This document shows positions 38,001 through 51,569 of a stretch of DNA of 64,000 bases, piece by piece. The position numbers and the translations under genes were made by a program. A model generated the notes under the pieces. It was not told the origin of the DNA and made no database searches. It worked only from the letters and a program-made list of their open reading frames with translations. The DNA comes from the human T2T-CHM13v2.0 reference genome, Homo sapiens, in assembly GCF_009914755.1 (NCBI RefSeq), contig NC_060947.1; one strand, given 5' to 3'. Within the stretch, counting starts at the first letter, position 1. Each line of letters starts with the position of its first letter.

Positions 38001-41000
38001 CAAAACGTGTGTTTGGAAACTGCTCCATCATAACGAATGTTCAGCTCTCTGAGTTAAACTCCATCGTCACAAAGAATTTTCTGAGAGTGCTACCGTCTAG
38101 TTTTTATATGAAGTTCTTTCCTTTACTACCACAGGCCTCAAAGCGGTCCAAATCTCCACTTGCAGATTCTACAAAAAGAGTGTTTGCAAACTGCTCTATC
38201 AAAAGGAATGTTCAACTCTGGGAGTTGAATGCAATCATCACAGAGCAGTTTCTGAGAATGCTTCTATGTCGTTTTTAGGAGAAGATATTTCCTTTTCCAA
38301 CACAGTCCTCCAAGCCCGCTAAATATCCACTTGCACATTGTAGAAAAAGTGTGTCGAAGCTGCGCTATCAAAGGGAAAGTTCAACTCTGTGAGGTGAATG
38401 CAAACATCCCAAAGAAGTTTCTGAGAATGCTTCCGTTTAGCTTTAAGTGAAGATTATCCCGTTTCCAACGAAATCTTCAAAGAGGTCCAAATATCCCCTT
38501 GCGGATCCCACAGAAAGAGTGTTTCGAAACTGCTGTTTCAAAAGGAATCTTCAACTCTGTGAGTTGAATGCAATCATCACAAAGAAGTTTCTGACAATGC
38601 TTCTCTCTCGTCTTTCTGTGAAGATAAAGGAAAAGGCTTTCAGGCCATTTCCACCACAGGCCTGAAAGCGCTCCAAATGTCCACTTGCAGATTCTGCCAA
38701 AAGAATATTTCAAAACTGCTCTATGAAAAGCAATGTTAAACTCTGCGGCTCGAACACAAACATCACAAAGCAGTTTCTGAGAATGCTTCAGTTTAGTTTT
38801 TCTGTGGAAATATTCCCGTTTCCAAAGAAATCTTCAAAGAGGTCCACGCATCCACTTACAGATTCTACAAAAAGACAGTTTCAAAACTGCTCAATCAAAA
38901 GGAGGGTTCAACTGTGTGACTTGAATGCATTCATCACTCAGAAGTTTCTGAGAACGCTTCTCTTTAGTTTTTACGTGAACATATACCCGTTTCGAACGAA
39001 GGCCAGCCAGTGGTCCAAATATCCACTTGCAGATTCTACAGAAAGAGTGTTTTGAACCTGAACTCTCAAAGGCAGGTTCATCTCTGCGAGTTAAATGCAT
39101 TCATCATGAAGAACTTTCTCAGCGTGTTTGTGTTTAGTTATGGGAAATTATTCCCGTTTCCAACGAAATCCTCAGAGAGCTCCAAATATCCACCTGCAGA
39201 TTGTACCAAAACTGTATTTGGAAACTGCTCCATGAAAAGGCATGTTCAGCTCTCTGAGTGAAACTCCGTCATCACAAAGAATATTCTGAGAATGCTTCCG
39301 TTTGCCTTTTATATGAAGTTCCTTCCTATACTACCGTAGGCCTCAAAGCAGTCCAAATCTCCATTTGCAGATTCTACAAAAAGAGTGATTCCAATCTGCT
39401 CTATCAATAGGATTGTTCAACTCCATGAGTTGAATGCCATCCTCACAAAGTAGTTTCTGAGAATGCTTCTATGTAGTTTTTATGTGAAGATATTTCCTTT
39501 TCCACCACAGGCCTCAAAGCCCTCCAAACGTCCACTTGCAGATTCTCGAAAAAGAGTGTTTCATAGCTGCTCTTTCAAAAGGAAAGTTCAACTCTGGGAG
39601 TTGAATACAAACATCACAAAGTAGTTTCCGAGAATGCTTCTGTTTAGTTCTTATGTGAAGATGATCCCGTTTCCAGAGAAATCTTCAAAGAGGTCCACAT
39701 ATCACCTTGCAGATTCCAAAAAAAGAGGGTTTCAAAACTGCTCCATCAAAAGGATTGTTCAACTCTGTGAGTTGAATGCAGTCATCGCAGAAAACTTTCT
39801 GAGAATGCTTCTGTCTAGGTTTGATGTGAAGATATAGACGTTTCAAACGAAGGCTACAAAGTGGTCAACATATACACTTGCAGATTCTCCTACAAGGGTG
39901 CTGCAAACCTCAACTATCAAAGGAAGTTTCAACTCTGTGAGATGAATGCAAACATCACAAAGAATGTTCTGAGTTTGCTTCCGTTCAGTTATGGGAAGTT
40001 GATCCCGTTTCCAACGAAATCCTCAGAGAGGTCCAAATATCCCCTTGCAGATTCTACAAAACGTGTGTTTGGAAACTGCTCCATCATAACGAATGTTCAG
40101 CTCTCTGAGTTAAACTCCATCGTCACAAAGAATTTTCTGAGAGTGCTACCGTCTAGTTTTTATATGAAGTTCTTTCCTTTACTACCACAGGCCTCAAAGC
40201 GGTCCAAATCTCCACTTGCAGATTCTACAAAAAGAGTGTTTGCAAACTGCTCTATCAAAAGGAATGTTCAACTCTGGGAGTTGAATGCAATCATCACAGA
40301 GCAGTTTCTGAGAATGCTTCTATGTCGTTTTTAGGAGAAGATATTTCCTTTTCCAACACAGTCCTCCAAGCCCGCTAAATATCCACTTGCACATTGTAGA
40401 AAAAGTGTGTCGAAGCTGCGCTATCAAAGGGAAAGTTCAACTCTGTGAGGTGAATGCAAACATCCCAAAGAAGTTTCTGAGAATGCTTCCGTTTAGCTTT
40501 AAGTGAAGATTATCCCGTTTCCAACGAAATCTTCAAAGAGGTCCAAATATCCCCTTGCGGATCCCACAGAAAGAGTGTTTCGAAACTGCTGTTTCAAAAG
40601 GAATCTTCAACTCTGTGAGTTGAATGCAATCATCACAAAGAAGTTTCTGACAATGCTTCTCTCTCGTCTTTCTGTGAAGATAAAGGAAAAGGCTTTCAGG
40701 CCATTTCCACCACAGGCCTGAAAGCGCTCCAAATGTCCACTTGCAGATTCTGCCAAAAGAATATTTCAAAACTGCTCTATGAAAAGCAATGTTAAACTCT
40801 GCGGCTCGAACACAAACATCACAAAGCAGTTTCTGAGAATGCTTCAGTTTAGTTTTTCTGTGGAAATATTCCCGTTTCCAAAGAAATCTTCAAAGAGGTC
40901 CACGCATCCACTTACAGATTCTACAAAAAGACAGTTTCAAAACTGCTCAATCAAAAGGAGGGTTCAACTGTGTGACTTGAATGCATTCATCACTCAGAAG

Positions 41001-44000
41001 TTTCTGAGAACGCTTCTCTTTAGTTTTTACGTGAACATATACCCGTTTCGAACGAAGGCCAGCCAGTGGTCCAAATATCCACTTGCAGATTCTACAGAAA
41101 GAGTGTTTTGAACCTGAACTCTCAAAGGCAGGTTCATCTCTGCGAGTTAAATGCATTCATCATGAAGAACTTTCTCAGCGTGTTTGTGTTTAGTTATGGG
41201 AAATTATTCCCGTTTCCAACGAAATCCTCAGAGAGCTCCAAATATCCACCTGCAGATTGTACCAAAAGTGTATTTGGAAACTGCTCCATGAAAAGGCATG
41301 TTCAGCTCTGTGAGTGAAACTCCGTCATCACAAAGAATATTCTGAGAATGCTTCCGTTTGCCTTTTATATGAAGTTCCTTCCTATACTACCGTAGGCCTC
41401 AAAGCAGTCCAAATCTCCATTTGCAGATTCTACAAAAAGAGTGATTCCAATGTGCTCTATCAATAGGATTGTTCAACTCCATGAGTTGAATGCCATCCTC
41501 ACAAAGTAGTTTCTGAGAATGCTCCTATGTAGTTTTTATGTGAAGATATTTCCTTTTCCACCACAGGCCTCAAAGCCCTCCAAACGTCCACTTGCAGATT
41601 CTCGAAAAAGAGTGTTTCATAGCTGCTCTTTCAAAAGGAAAGTTCAACTCTGGGAGTTGAATACAAACATCACAAAGTAGTTTCCGAGAATGCTTCTGTT
41701 TAGTTCTTATGTGAAGATGATCCCGTTTCCAGTGAAATCTTCAAAGAGGTCCACATATCCCCTTGCAGATTCCAAAAAAAGAGGGTTTCAAAACTGCTCC
41801 ATCAAAAGGATTGTTCAACTCTGTGAGTTGAATGCAGTCATCGCAGAAAACTTTCTGAGAATGCTTCTGTCTAGGTTTGATGTGAAGATATAGACGTTTC
41901 AAACGAAGGCTACAAAGTGGTCAAAATATACACTTGCAGATTCTCCTACAAGGGTGCTGCAAACCTCAACTATCAAAGGAAGGTTCAACTCTGTGAGATG
42001 AATGCAAACATCACAAAGAATGTTCTGAGTTTGCTTCCGTTCAGTTATGGGAAGTTGATCCCGTTTCCAACGAAATCCTCAGAGAGGTCCAAATATCCCC
42101 TTGCAGATTCTACAAAACGTGTGTTTGGAAACTGCTCCATCATAACGAATGTTCAGCTCTCTGAGTTAAACTCCATCGTCACAAAGAATTTTCTGAGAGT
42201 GCTACCGTCTAGTTTTTATATGAAGTTCTTTCCTTTACTACCACAGGCCTCAAAGCGGTCCAAATCTCCACTTGCAGATTCTACAAAAAGAGTGTTTGCA
42301 AACTGCTCTATCAAAAGGAATGTTCAACTCTGGGAGTTGAATGCAATCATCACAGAGCAGTTTCTGAGAATGCTTCTATGTCGTTTTTAGGAGAAGATAT
42401 TTCCTTTTCCAACACAGTCCTCCAAGCCCGCTAAATATCCACTTGCACATTGTAGAAAAAGTGTGTCGAAGCTGCGCTATCAAAGGGAAAGTTCAACTCT
42501 GTGAGGTGAATGCAAACATCCCAAAGAAGTTTCTGAGAATGCTTCCGTTTAGCTTTAAGTGAAGATTATCCCGTTTCCAACGAAATCTTCAAAGAGGTCC
42601 AAATATCCCCTTGCGGATCCCACAGAAAGAGTGTTTCGAAACTGCTGTTTCAAAAGGAATCTTCAACTCTGTGAGTTGAATGCAATCATCACAAAGAAGT
42701 TTCTGACAATGCTTCTCTCTCGTCTTTCTGTGAAGATAAAGGAAAAGGCTTTCAGGCCATTTCCACCACAGGCCTGAAAGCGCTCCAAATGTCCACTTGC
42801 AGATTCTGCCAAAAGAATATTTCAAAACTGCTCTATGAAAAGCAATGTTAAACTCTGCGGCTCGAACACAAACATCACAAAGCAGTTTCTGAGAATGCTT
42901 CAGTTTAGTTTTTCTGTGGAAATATTCCCGTTTCCAAAGAAATCTTCAAAGAGGTCCACGCATCCACTTACAGATTCTACAAAAAGACAGTTTCAAAACT
43001 GCTCAATCAAAAGGAGGGTTCAACTGTGTGACTTGAATGCATTCATCACTCAGAAGTTTCTGAGAACGCTTCTCTTTAGTTTTTACGTGAACATATACCC
43101 GTTTCGAACGAAGGCCAGCCAGTGGTCCAAATATCCACTTGCAGATTCTACAGAAAGAGTGTTTTGAACCTGAACTCTCAAAGGCAGGTTCATCTCTGCG
43201 AGTTAAATGCATTCATCATGAAGAACTTTCTCAGCGTGTTTGTGTTTAGTTATGGGAAATTATTCCCGTTTCCAACGAAATCCTCAGAGAGCTCCAAATA
43301 TCCACCTGCAGATTGTACCAAAACTGTATTTGGAAACTGCTCCATGAAAAGGCATGTTCAGCTCTCTGAGTGAAACTCCGTCATCACAAAGAATATTCTG
43401 AGAATGCTTCCGTTTGCCTTTTATATGAAGTTCCTTCCTATACTACCGTAGGCCTCAAAGCAGTCCAAATCTCCATTTGCAGATTCTACAAAAAGAGTGA
43501 TTCCAATCTGCTCTATCAATAGGATTGTTCAACTCCATGAGTTGAATGCCATCCTCACAAAGTAGTTTCTGAGAATGCTTCTATGTAGTTTTTATGTGAA
43601 GATATTTCCTTTTCCACCACAGGCCTCAAAGCCCTCCAAACGTCCACTTGCAGATTCTCGAAAAAGAGTGTTTCATAGCTGCTCTTTCAAAAGGAAAGTT
43701 CAACTCTGGGAGTTGAATACAAACATCACAAAGTAGTTTCCGAGAATGCTTCTGTTTAGTTCTTATGTGAAGATGATCCCGTTTCCAGAGAAATCTTCAA
43801 AGAGGTCCACATATCACCTTGCAGATTCCAAAAAAAGAGGGTTTCAAAACTGCTCCATCAAAAGGATTGTTCAACTCTGTGAGTTGAATGCAGTCATCGC
43901 AGAAAACTTTCTGAGAATGCTTCTGTCTAGGTTTGATGTGAAGATATAGACGTTTCAAACGAAGGCTACAAAGTGGTCAACATATACACTTGCAGATTCT

Positions 44001-47000
44001 CCTACAAGGGTGCTGCAAACCTCAACTATCAAAGGAAGTTTCAACTCTGTGAGATGAATGCAAACATCACAAAGAATGTTCTGAGTTTGCTTCCGTTCAG
44101 TTATGGGAAGTTGATCCCGTTTCCAACGAAATCCTCAGAGAGGTCCAAATATCCCCTTGCAGATTCTACAAAACGTGTGTTTGGAAACTGCTCCATCATA
44201 ACGAATGTTCAGCTCTCTGAGTTAAACTCCATCGTCACAAAGAATTTTCTGAGAGTGCTACCGTCTAGTTTTTATATGAAGTTCTTTCCTTTACTACCAC
44301 AGGCCTCAAAGCGGTCCAAATCTCCACTTGCAGATTCTACAAAAAGAGTGTTTGCAAACTGCTCTATCAAAAGGAATGTTCAACTCTGGGAGTTGAATGC
44401 AATCATCACAGAGCAGTTTCTGAGAATGCTTCTATGTCGTTTTTAGGAGAAGATATTTCCTTTTCCAACACAGTCCTCCAAGCCCGCTAAATATCCACTT
44501 GCACATTGTAGAAAAAGTGTGTCGAAGCTGCGCTATCAAAGGGAAAGTTCAACTCTGTGAGGTGAATGCAAACATCCCAAAGAAGTTTCTGAGAATGCTT
44601 CCGTTTAGCTTTAAGTGAAGATTATCCCGTTTCCAACGAAATCTTCAAAGAGGTCCAAATATCCCCTTGCGGATCCCACAGAAAGAGTGTTTCGAAACTG
44701 CTGTTTCAAAAGGAATCTTCAACTCTGTGAGTTGAATGCAATCATCACAAAGAAGTTTCTGACAATGCTTCTCTCTCGTCTTTCTGTGAAGATAAAGGAA
44801 AAGGCTTTCAGGCCATTTCCACCACAGGCCTGAAAGCGCTCCAAATGTCCACTTGCAGATTCTGCCAAAAGAATATTTCAAAACTGCTCTATGAAAAGCA
44901 ATGTTAAACTCTGCGGCTCGAACACAAACATCACAAAGCAGTTTCTGAGAATGCTTCAGTTTAGTTTTTCTGTGGAAATATTCCCGTTTCCAAAGAAATC
45001 TTCAAAGAGGTCCACGCATCCACTTACAGATTCTACAAAAAGACAGTTTCAAAACTGCTCAATCAAAAGGAGGGTTCAACTGTGTGACTTGAATGCATTC
45101 ATCACTCAGAAGTTTCTGAGAACGCTTCTCTTTAGTTTTTACGTGAACATATACCCGTTTCGAATGAAGGCCAGCCAGTGGTCCAAATATCCACTTGCAG
45201 ATTCTACAGAAAGAGTGTTTTGAACCTGAACTCTCAAAGGCAGGTTCATCTCTGCGAGTTAAATGCATTCATCATGAAGAACTTTCTCAGCGTGTTTGTG
45301 TTTAGTTATGGGAAATTATTCCCGTTTCCAACGAAATCCTCAGAGAGCTCCAAATATCCACCTGCAGATTCTACCAAAAGTGTATTTGGAAACTGCTCCA
45401 TGAAAAGGCATGTTCAGCTCTGTGAGTGAAACTCCGTCATCACAAAGAATATTCTGAGAATGCTTCCGTTTGCCTTTTATATGAAGTTCCTTCCTATACT
45501 ACCGTAGGCCTCAAAGCAGTCCAAATCTCCATTTGCAGATTCTACAAAAAGAGTGATTCCAATCTGCTCTATCAATAGGATTGTTCAACTCCATGAGTTG
45601 AATGCCATCCTCACAAAGTAGTTTCTGAGAATGCTTCTATGTAGTTTTTATGTGAAGATATTTCCTTTTCCACCACAGGCCTCAAAGCCCTCCAAACGTC
45701 CACTTGCAGATTCTCGAAAAAGAGTGTTTCATAGCTGCTCTTTCAAAAGGAAAGTTCAACTCTGGGAGTTGAATACAAACATCACAAAGTAGTTTCCGAG
45801 AATGCTTCTGTTTAGTTCTTATGTGAAGATGATCCCGTTTCCAGTGAAATATTCAAAGAGGTCCACATATCCCCTTGCAGATTCCAAAAAAAGAGGGTTT
45901 CAAAACTGCTCCATCAAAAGGATTGTTCAACTCTGTGAGTTGAATGCAGTCATCGCAGAAAACTTTCTGAGAATGCTTCTGTCTAGGTTTGATGTGAAGA
46001 TATAGACGTTTCAAACGAAGGCTACAAAGTGGTCAAAATATACACTTGCAGATTCTCCTACAAGGGTGCTGCAAACCTCAACTATCAAAGGAAGGTTCAA
46101 CTCTGTGAGATGAATGCAAACATCACAAAGAATGTTCTGAGTTTGCTTCCGTTCAGTTATGGGAAGTTGATCCCGTTTCCAACGAAATCCTCAGAGAGGT
46201 CCAAATATCCCCTTGCAGATTCTACAAAACGTGTGTTTGGAAACTGCTCCATCATAACGAATGTTCAGCTCTCTGAGTTAAACTCCATCGTCACAAAGAA
46301 TTTTCTGAGAGTGCTACCGTCTAGTTTTTATATGAAGTTCTTTCCTTTACTACCACAGGCCTCAAAGCGGTCCAAATCTCCACTTGCAGATTCTACAAAA
46401 AGAGTGTTTGCAAACTGCTCTATCAAAAGGAATGTTCAACTCTGGGAGTTGAATGCAATCATCACAGAGCAGTTTCTGAGAATGCTTCTATGTCGTTTTT
46501 AGGAGAAGATATTTCCTTTTCCAACACAGTCCTCCAAGCCCGCTAAATATCCACTTGCACATTGTAGAAAAAGTGTGTCAAAGCTGCGCTATCAAAGGGA
46601 AAGTTCAACTCTGTGAGGTGAATGCAAACATCCCAAAGAAGTTTCTGAGAATGCTTCCGTTTAGCTTTAAGTGAAGATTATCCCGTTTCCAACGAAATCT
46701 TCAAAGAGGTCCAAATATCCCCTTGCGGATCCCACAGAAAGAGTGTTTCGAAACTGCTGTTTCAAAAGGAATCTTCAACTCTGTGAGTTGAATGCAATCA
46801 TCACAAAGAAGTTTCTGACAATGCTTCTCTCTCGTCTTTCTGTGAAGATAAAGGAAAAGGCTTTCAGGCCATTTCCACCACAGGCCTGAAAGCGCTCCAA
46901 ATGTCCACTTGCAGATTCTGCCAAAAGAATATTTCAAAACTGCTCTATGAAAAGCAATGTTAAACTCTGCGGCTCGAACACAAACATCACAAAGCAGTTT

Positions 47001-49800
47001 CTGAGAATGCTTCAGTTTAGTTTTTCTGTGGAAATATTCCCGTTTCCAAAGAAATCTTCAAAGAGGTCCACGCATCCACTTACAGATTCTACAAAAAGAC
47101 AGTTTCAAAACTGCTCAATCAAAAGGAGGGTTCAACTGTGTGACTTGAATGCATTCATCACTCAGAAGTTTCTGAGAACGCTTCTCTTTAGTTTTTACGT
47201 GAACATATACCCGTTTCGAACGAAGGCCAGCCAGTGGTCCAAATATCCACTTGCAGATTCTACAGAAAGAGTGTTTCAAACCTGAACTCTCAAAGGCAGG
47301 TTCATCTCTGCGAGTTCAATGCATTCATCATGAAGAACTTTCTCAGCGTGTTTGTGTTTAGTTATGGGAAATTATTCCCGTTTCCAACGAAATCCTCAGA
47401 GAGCTCCAAATATCCACCTGCAGATTGTACCAAAACTGTATTTGGAAACTGCTCCATGAAAAGGCATGTTCAGCTCTCTGAGTGAAACTCCGTCATCACA
47501 AAGAATATTCTGAGAATGCTTCCGTTTGCCTTTTATATGAAGTTCCTTCCTATACTACCGTAGGCCTCAAAGCAGTCCAAATCTCCATTTGCAGATTCTA
47601 CAAAAAGAGTGATTCCAATCTGCTCTATCAATAGGATTGTTCAACTCCATGAGTTGAATGCCATCCTCACAAAGTAGTTTCTGAGAATGCTTCTATGTAG
47701 TTTTTATGTGAAGATATTTCCTTTTCCACCACAGGCCTCAAAGCCCTCCAAACGTCCACTTGCAGATTCTCGAAAAAGAGTGTTTCATAGCTGCTCTTTC
47801 AAAAGGAAAGTTCAACTCTGGGAGTTGAATACAAACATCACAAAGTAGTTTCCGAGAATGCTTCTGTTTAGTTCTTATGTGAAGATGATCCCGTTTCCAG
47901 AGAAATCTTCAAAGAGGTCCACATATCACCTTGCAGATTCCAAAAAAAGAGGGTTTCAAAACTGCTCCATCAAAAGGATTGTTCAACTCTGTGAGTTGAA
48001 TGCAGTCATCGCAGAAAACTTTCTGAGAATGCTTCTGTCTAGGTTTGATGTGAAGATATAGACGTTTCAAACGAAGGCTACAAAGTGGTCAACATATACA
48101 CTTGCAGATTCTCCTACAAGGGTGCTGCAAACCTCAACTATCAAAGGAAGGTTCAACTCTGTGAGATGAATGCAAACATCACAAAGAATGTTCTGAGTTT
48201 GCTTCCGTTCAGTTATGGGAAGTTGATCCCGTTTCCAACGAAATCCTCAGAGAGGTCCAAATATCCCTTTGCAGATTCTACAAAACGTGTGTTTGGAAAC
48301 TGCTCCATCATAACGAATGTTCAGCTCTCTGAGTTAAACTCCATCGTCACAAAGAATTTTCTGAGAGTGCTACCGTCTAGTTTTTATATGAAGTTCTTTC
48401 CTTTACTACCACAGGCCTCAAAGCGGTCCAAATCTCCACTTGCAGATTCTACAAAAAGAGTGTTTGCAAACTGCTCTATCAAAAGGAATGTTCAACTCTG
48501 GGAGTTGAATGCAATCATCACAGAGCAGTTTCTGAGAATGCTTCTATGTCGTTTTTAGGAGAAGATATTTCCTTTTCCAACACAGTCCTCCAAGCCCGCT
48601 AAATATCCACTTGCACATTGTAGAAAAAGTGTGTCGAAGCTGCGCTATCAAAGGGAAAGTTCAACTCTGTGAGGTGAATGCAAACATCCCAAAGAAGTTT
48701 CTGAGAATGCTTCCGTTTAGCTTTAAGTGAAGATTATCCCGTTTCCAACGAAATCTTCAAAGAGGTCCAAATATCCCCTTGCGGATCCCACAGAAAGAGT
48801 GTTTCGAAACTGCTGTTTCAAAAGGAATCTTCAACTCTGTGAGTTGAATGCAATCATCACAAAGAAGTTTCTGACAATGCTTCTCTCTCGTCTTTCTGTG
48901 AAGATAAAGGAAAAGGCTTTCAGGCCATTTCCACCACAGGCCTGAAAGCGCTCCAAATGTCCACTTGCAGATTCTGCCAAAAGAATATTTCAAAACTGCT
49001 CTATGAAAAGCAATGTTAAACTCTGCGGCTCGAACACAAACATCACAAAGCAGTTTCTGAGAATGCTTCAGTTTAGTTTTTCTGTGGAAATATTCCCGTT
49101 TCCAAAGAAATCTTCAAAGAGGTCCACGCATCCACTTACAGATTCTACAAAAAGACAGTTTCAAAACTGCTCAATCAAAAGGAGGGTTCAACTGTGTGAC
49201 TTGAATGCATTCATCACTCAGAAGTTTCTGAGAACGCTTCTCTTTAGTTTTTACGTGAACATATACCCGTTTCGAACGAAGGCCAGCCAGTGGTCCAAAT
49301 ATCCACTTGCAGATTCTACAGAAAGAGTGTTTTGAACCTGAACTCTCAAAGGCAGGTTCATCTCTGCGAGTTAAATGCATTCATCATGAAGAACTTTCTC
49401 AGCGTGTTTGTGTTTAGTTATGGGAAATTATTCCCGTTTCCAACGAAATCCTCAGAGAGCTCCAAATATCCACCTGCAGATTCTACCAAAAGTGTATTTG
49501 GAAACTGCTCCATGAAAAGGCATGTTCAGCTCTGTGAGTGAAACTCCGTCATCACAAAGAATATTCTGAGAATGCTTCCGTTTGCCTTTTATATGAAGTT
49601 CCTTCCTATACTACCGTAGGCCTCAAAGCAGTCCAAATCTCCATTTGCAGATTCTACAAAAAGAGTGATTCCAATGTGCTCTATCAATAGGATTGTTCAA
49701 CTCCATGAGTTGAATGCCATCCTCACAAAGTAGTTTCTGAGAATGCTCCTATGTAGTTTTTATGTGAAGATATTTCCTTTTCCACCACAGGCCTCAAAGC
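29100..49800 (-). repeat. 2-HOR super-repeat (4112 bp, about 5 copies) of a highly homogeneous 2056-bp haplotype
   Basis: All ten units share TTCTCCTACAAGGGTGCTGC and TCCAAAAAAAGAGG. Alternate units carry CCAGAGAAAT (31453, 35565, 39677, 43789, 47901) and ATATCACC. Confidence 0.9.
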
Positions 49801-51569
49801 CCTCCAAACGTCCACTTGCAGATTCTCGAAAAAGAGTGTTTCATAGCTGCTCTTTCAAAAGGAAAGTTCAACTCTGGGAGTTGAATACAAACATCACAAA
49901 GTAGTTTCCGAGAATGCTTCTGTTTAGTTCTTATGTGAAGATGATCCCGTTTCCAGTGAAATCTTCAAAGAGGTCCACATATCCCCTTGCAGATTCCAAA
50001 GAAAGAGGGTTTCAAAACTGCTCCATCAAAAGGATTGTTCAACTCTGTGAGTGGAATGCAGTCATCGCAGAAAACTTTCTGAGAATGCTTCTGTCTAGGT
50101 TTGATGTGAAGATATAGACGTTGCAAACGAAGGCTACAAAGTGGTCAACATATACACTTGCAGATTCTACTACAAGGGTGTTGCAAACCTCAACTATCAA
50201 AGGAAGGTTCACCTCTGTGAGATGAATGCAAACATCACAAAGAATGTTCTGAGTTTGCTTCCGTTCAGTTATGGGAAGTTGATCCCGTTTCCTACGAAAT
50301 CCTCAGAGAGGTCCAAATATCCCCTTGCAGATTCTACAAAACGTGTGTTTGGAAACTGCTCCATCATAACGAATGTTCAGCTCTCTGAGTTAAACTCCAT
50401 CGACACAAAGAATTTTCTGAGAGTGCTACCGTCTAGTTTTTATATGAAGTTCTTTCCTTTACTACCACAGGCCTCAAAGCGGTCCAAATCTCCACTTGCA
50501 GATTCTACAAAAAGAGTGTTTGCAAACTGCTCTATCAAAAGGAATGTTCAACTCTGGGAGTTGAATGCAATCATCACAGAGTAGTTTCTGAGAATGCTTC
50601 TATGTCGTTTTTAGGAGAAGATATTTCCTTTTCCAACACAGTCCTCCAAGCCCGCTAAATATCCACTTGCACATTGTAGAAAAATTGTGTCGAAGCTGCG
50701 CTATCAAAGGGAAAGTTCAACTCTGTGAGGTGAATGCAAACATCCCAAAGAAGTTTCTGAGAATGCTTCCGTTTAGCTTTAAGTGAAGATTATCCCGTTT
50801 CCAACGAAATCTTCAAAGAGGTCCAAATATCCCCTTGCGGATCCCACAGAAAGAGTGTTTCGAAACTGCTGTTTCAAAAGGAATCTTCAACTCTGTGAGT
50901 TGAATGCAATCATCACAAAGAAGTTTCTGACAATGCTTCTCTCTCGTCTTTCTGTGAAGATAAAGGAAAAGGCTTTCAGGCCATTTCCACCACAGGCCTG
51001 AAAGCGCTCCAAATGTCCACTTGCAGATTCTGCCAAAAGAATATTTCAAAACTGCTCTATGAAAAGCAATGTTAAACTCTGCGGCTCGAACACAAACATC
51101 ACAAAGCAGTTTCTGAGAATGCTTCAGTTTAGTTTTTCTGTGGAAATATTCCCGTTTCCAAAGAAATCTTCAAAGAGGTCCACGCATCCACTTACAGATT
51201 CTACAAAAAGACAGTTTCAAAACTGCTCAATCAAAAGGAGGGTTCAACTGTGTGACTTGAATGCATTCATCACTCAGAAGTTTCTGAGAACGCTTCTCTT
51301 TAGTTTTTACGTGAACATATACCCGTTTCGAACGAAGGCCAGCCAGTGGTCCAAATATCCACTTGCAGATTCTACAGAAAGAGTGTTTTGAACCTGAACT
51401 CTCAAAGGCAGGTTCATCTCTGCGAGTTAAATGCATTCATCATGAAGAACTTTCTCAGCGTGTTTGTGTTTAGTTATGGGAAATTATTCCCGTTTCCAAC
51501 GAAATCGTCAGAGAGCTCCAAATATCCACCTGCAGATTCTACCAAAAGTGTATTTGGAAACTGCTCCAT

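Noticed and set aside
29100-49800. Calling this block the active kinetochore / hypomethylated centromere dip region
   Set aside because: That is an epigenetic property and cannot be read from sequence. Homogeneity and intact boxes are only suggestive.
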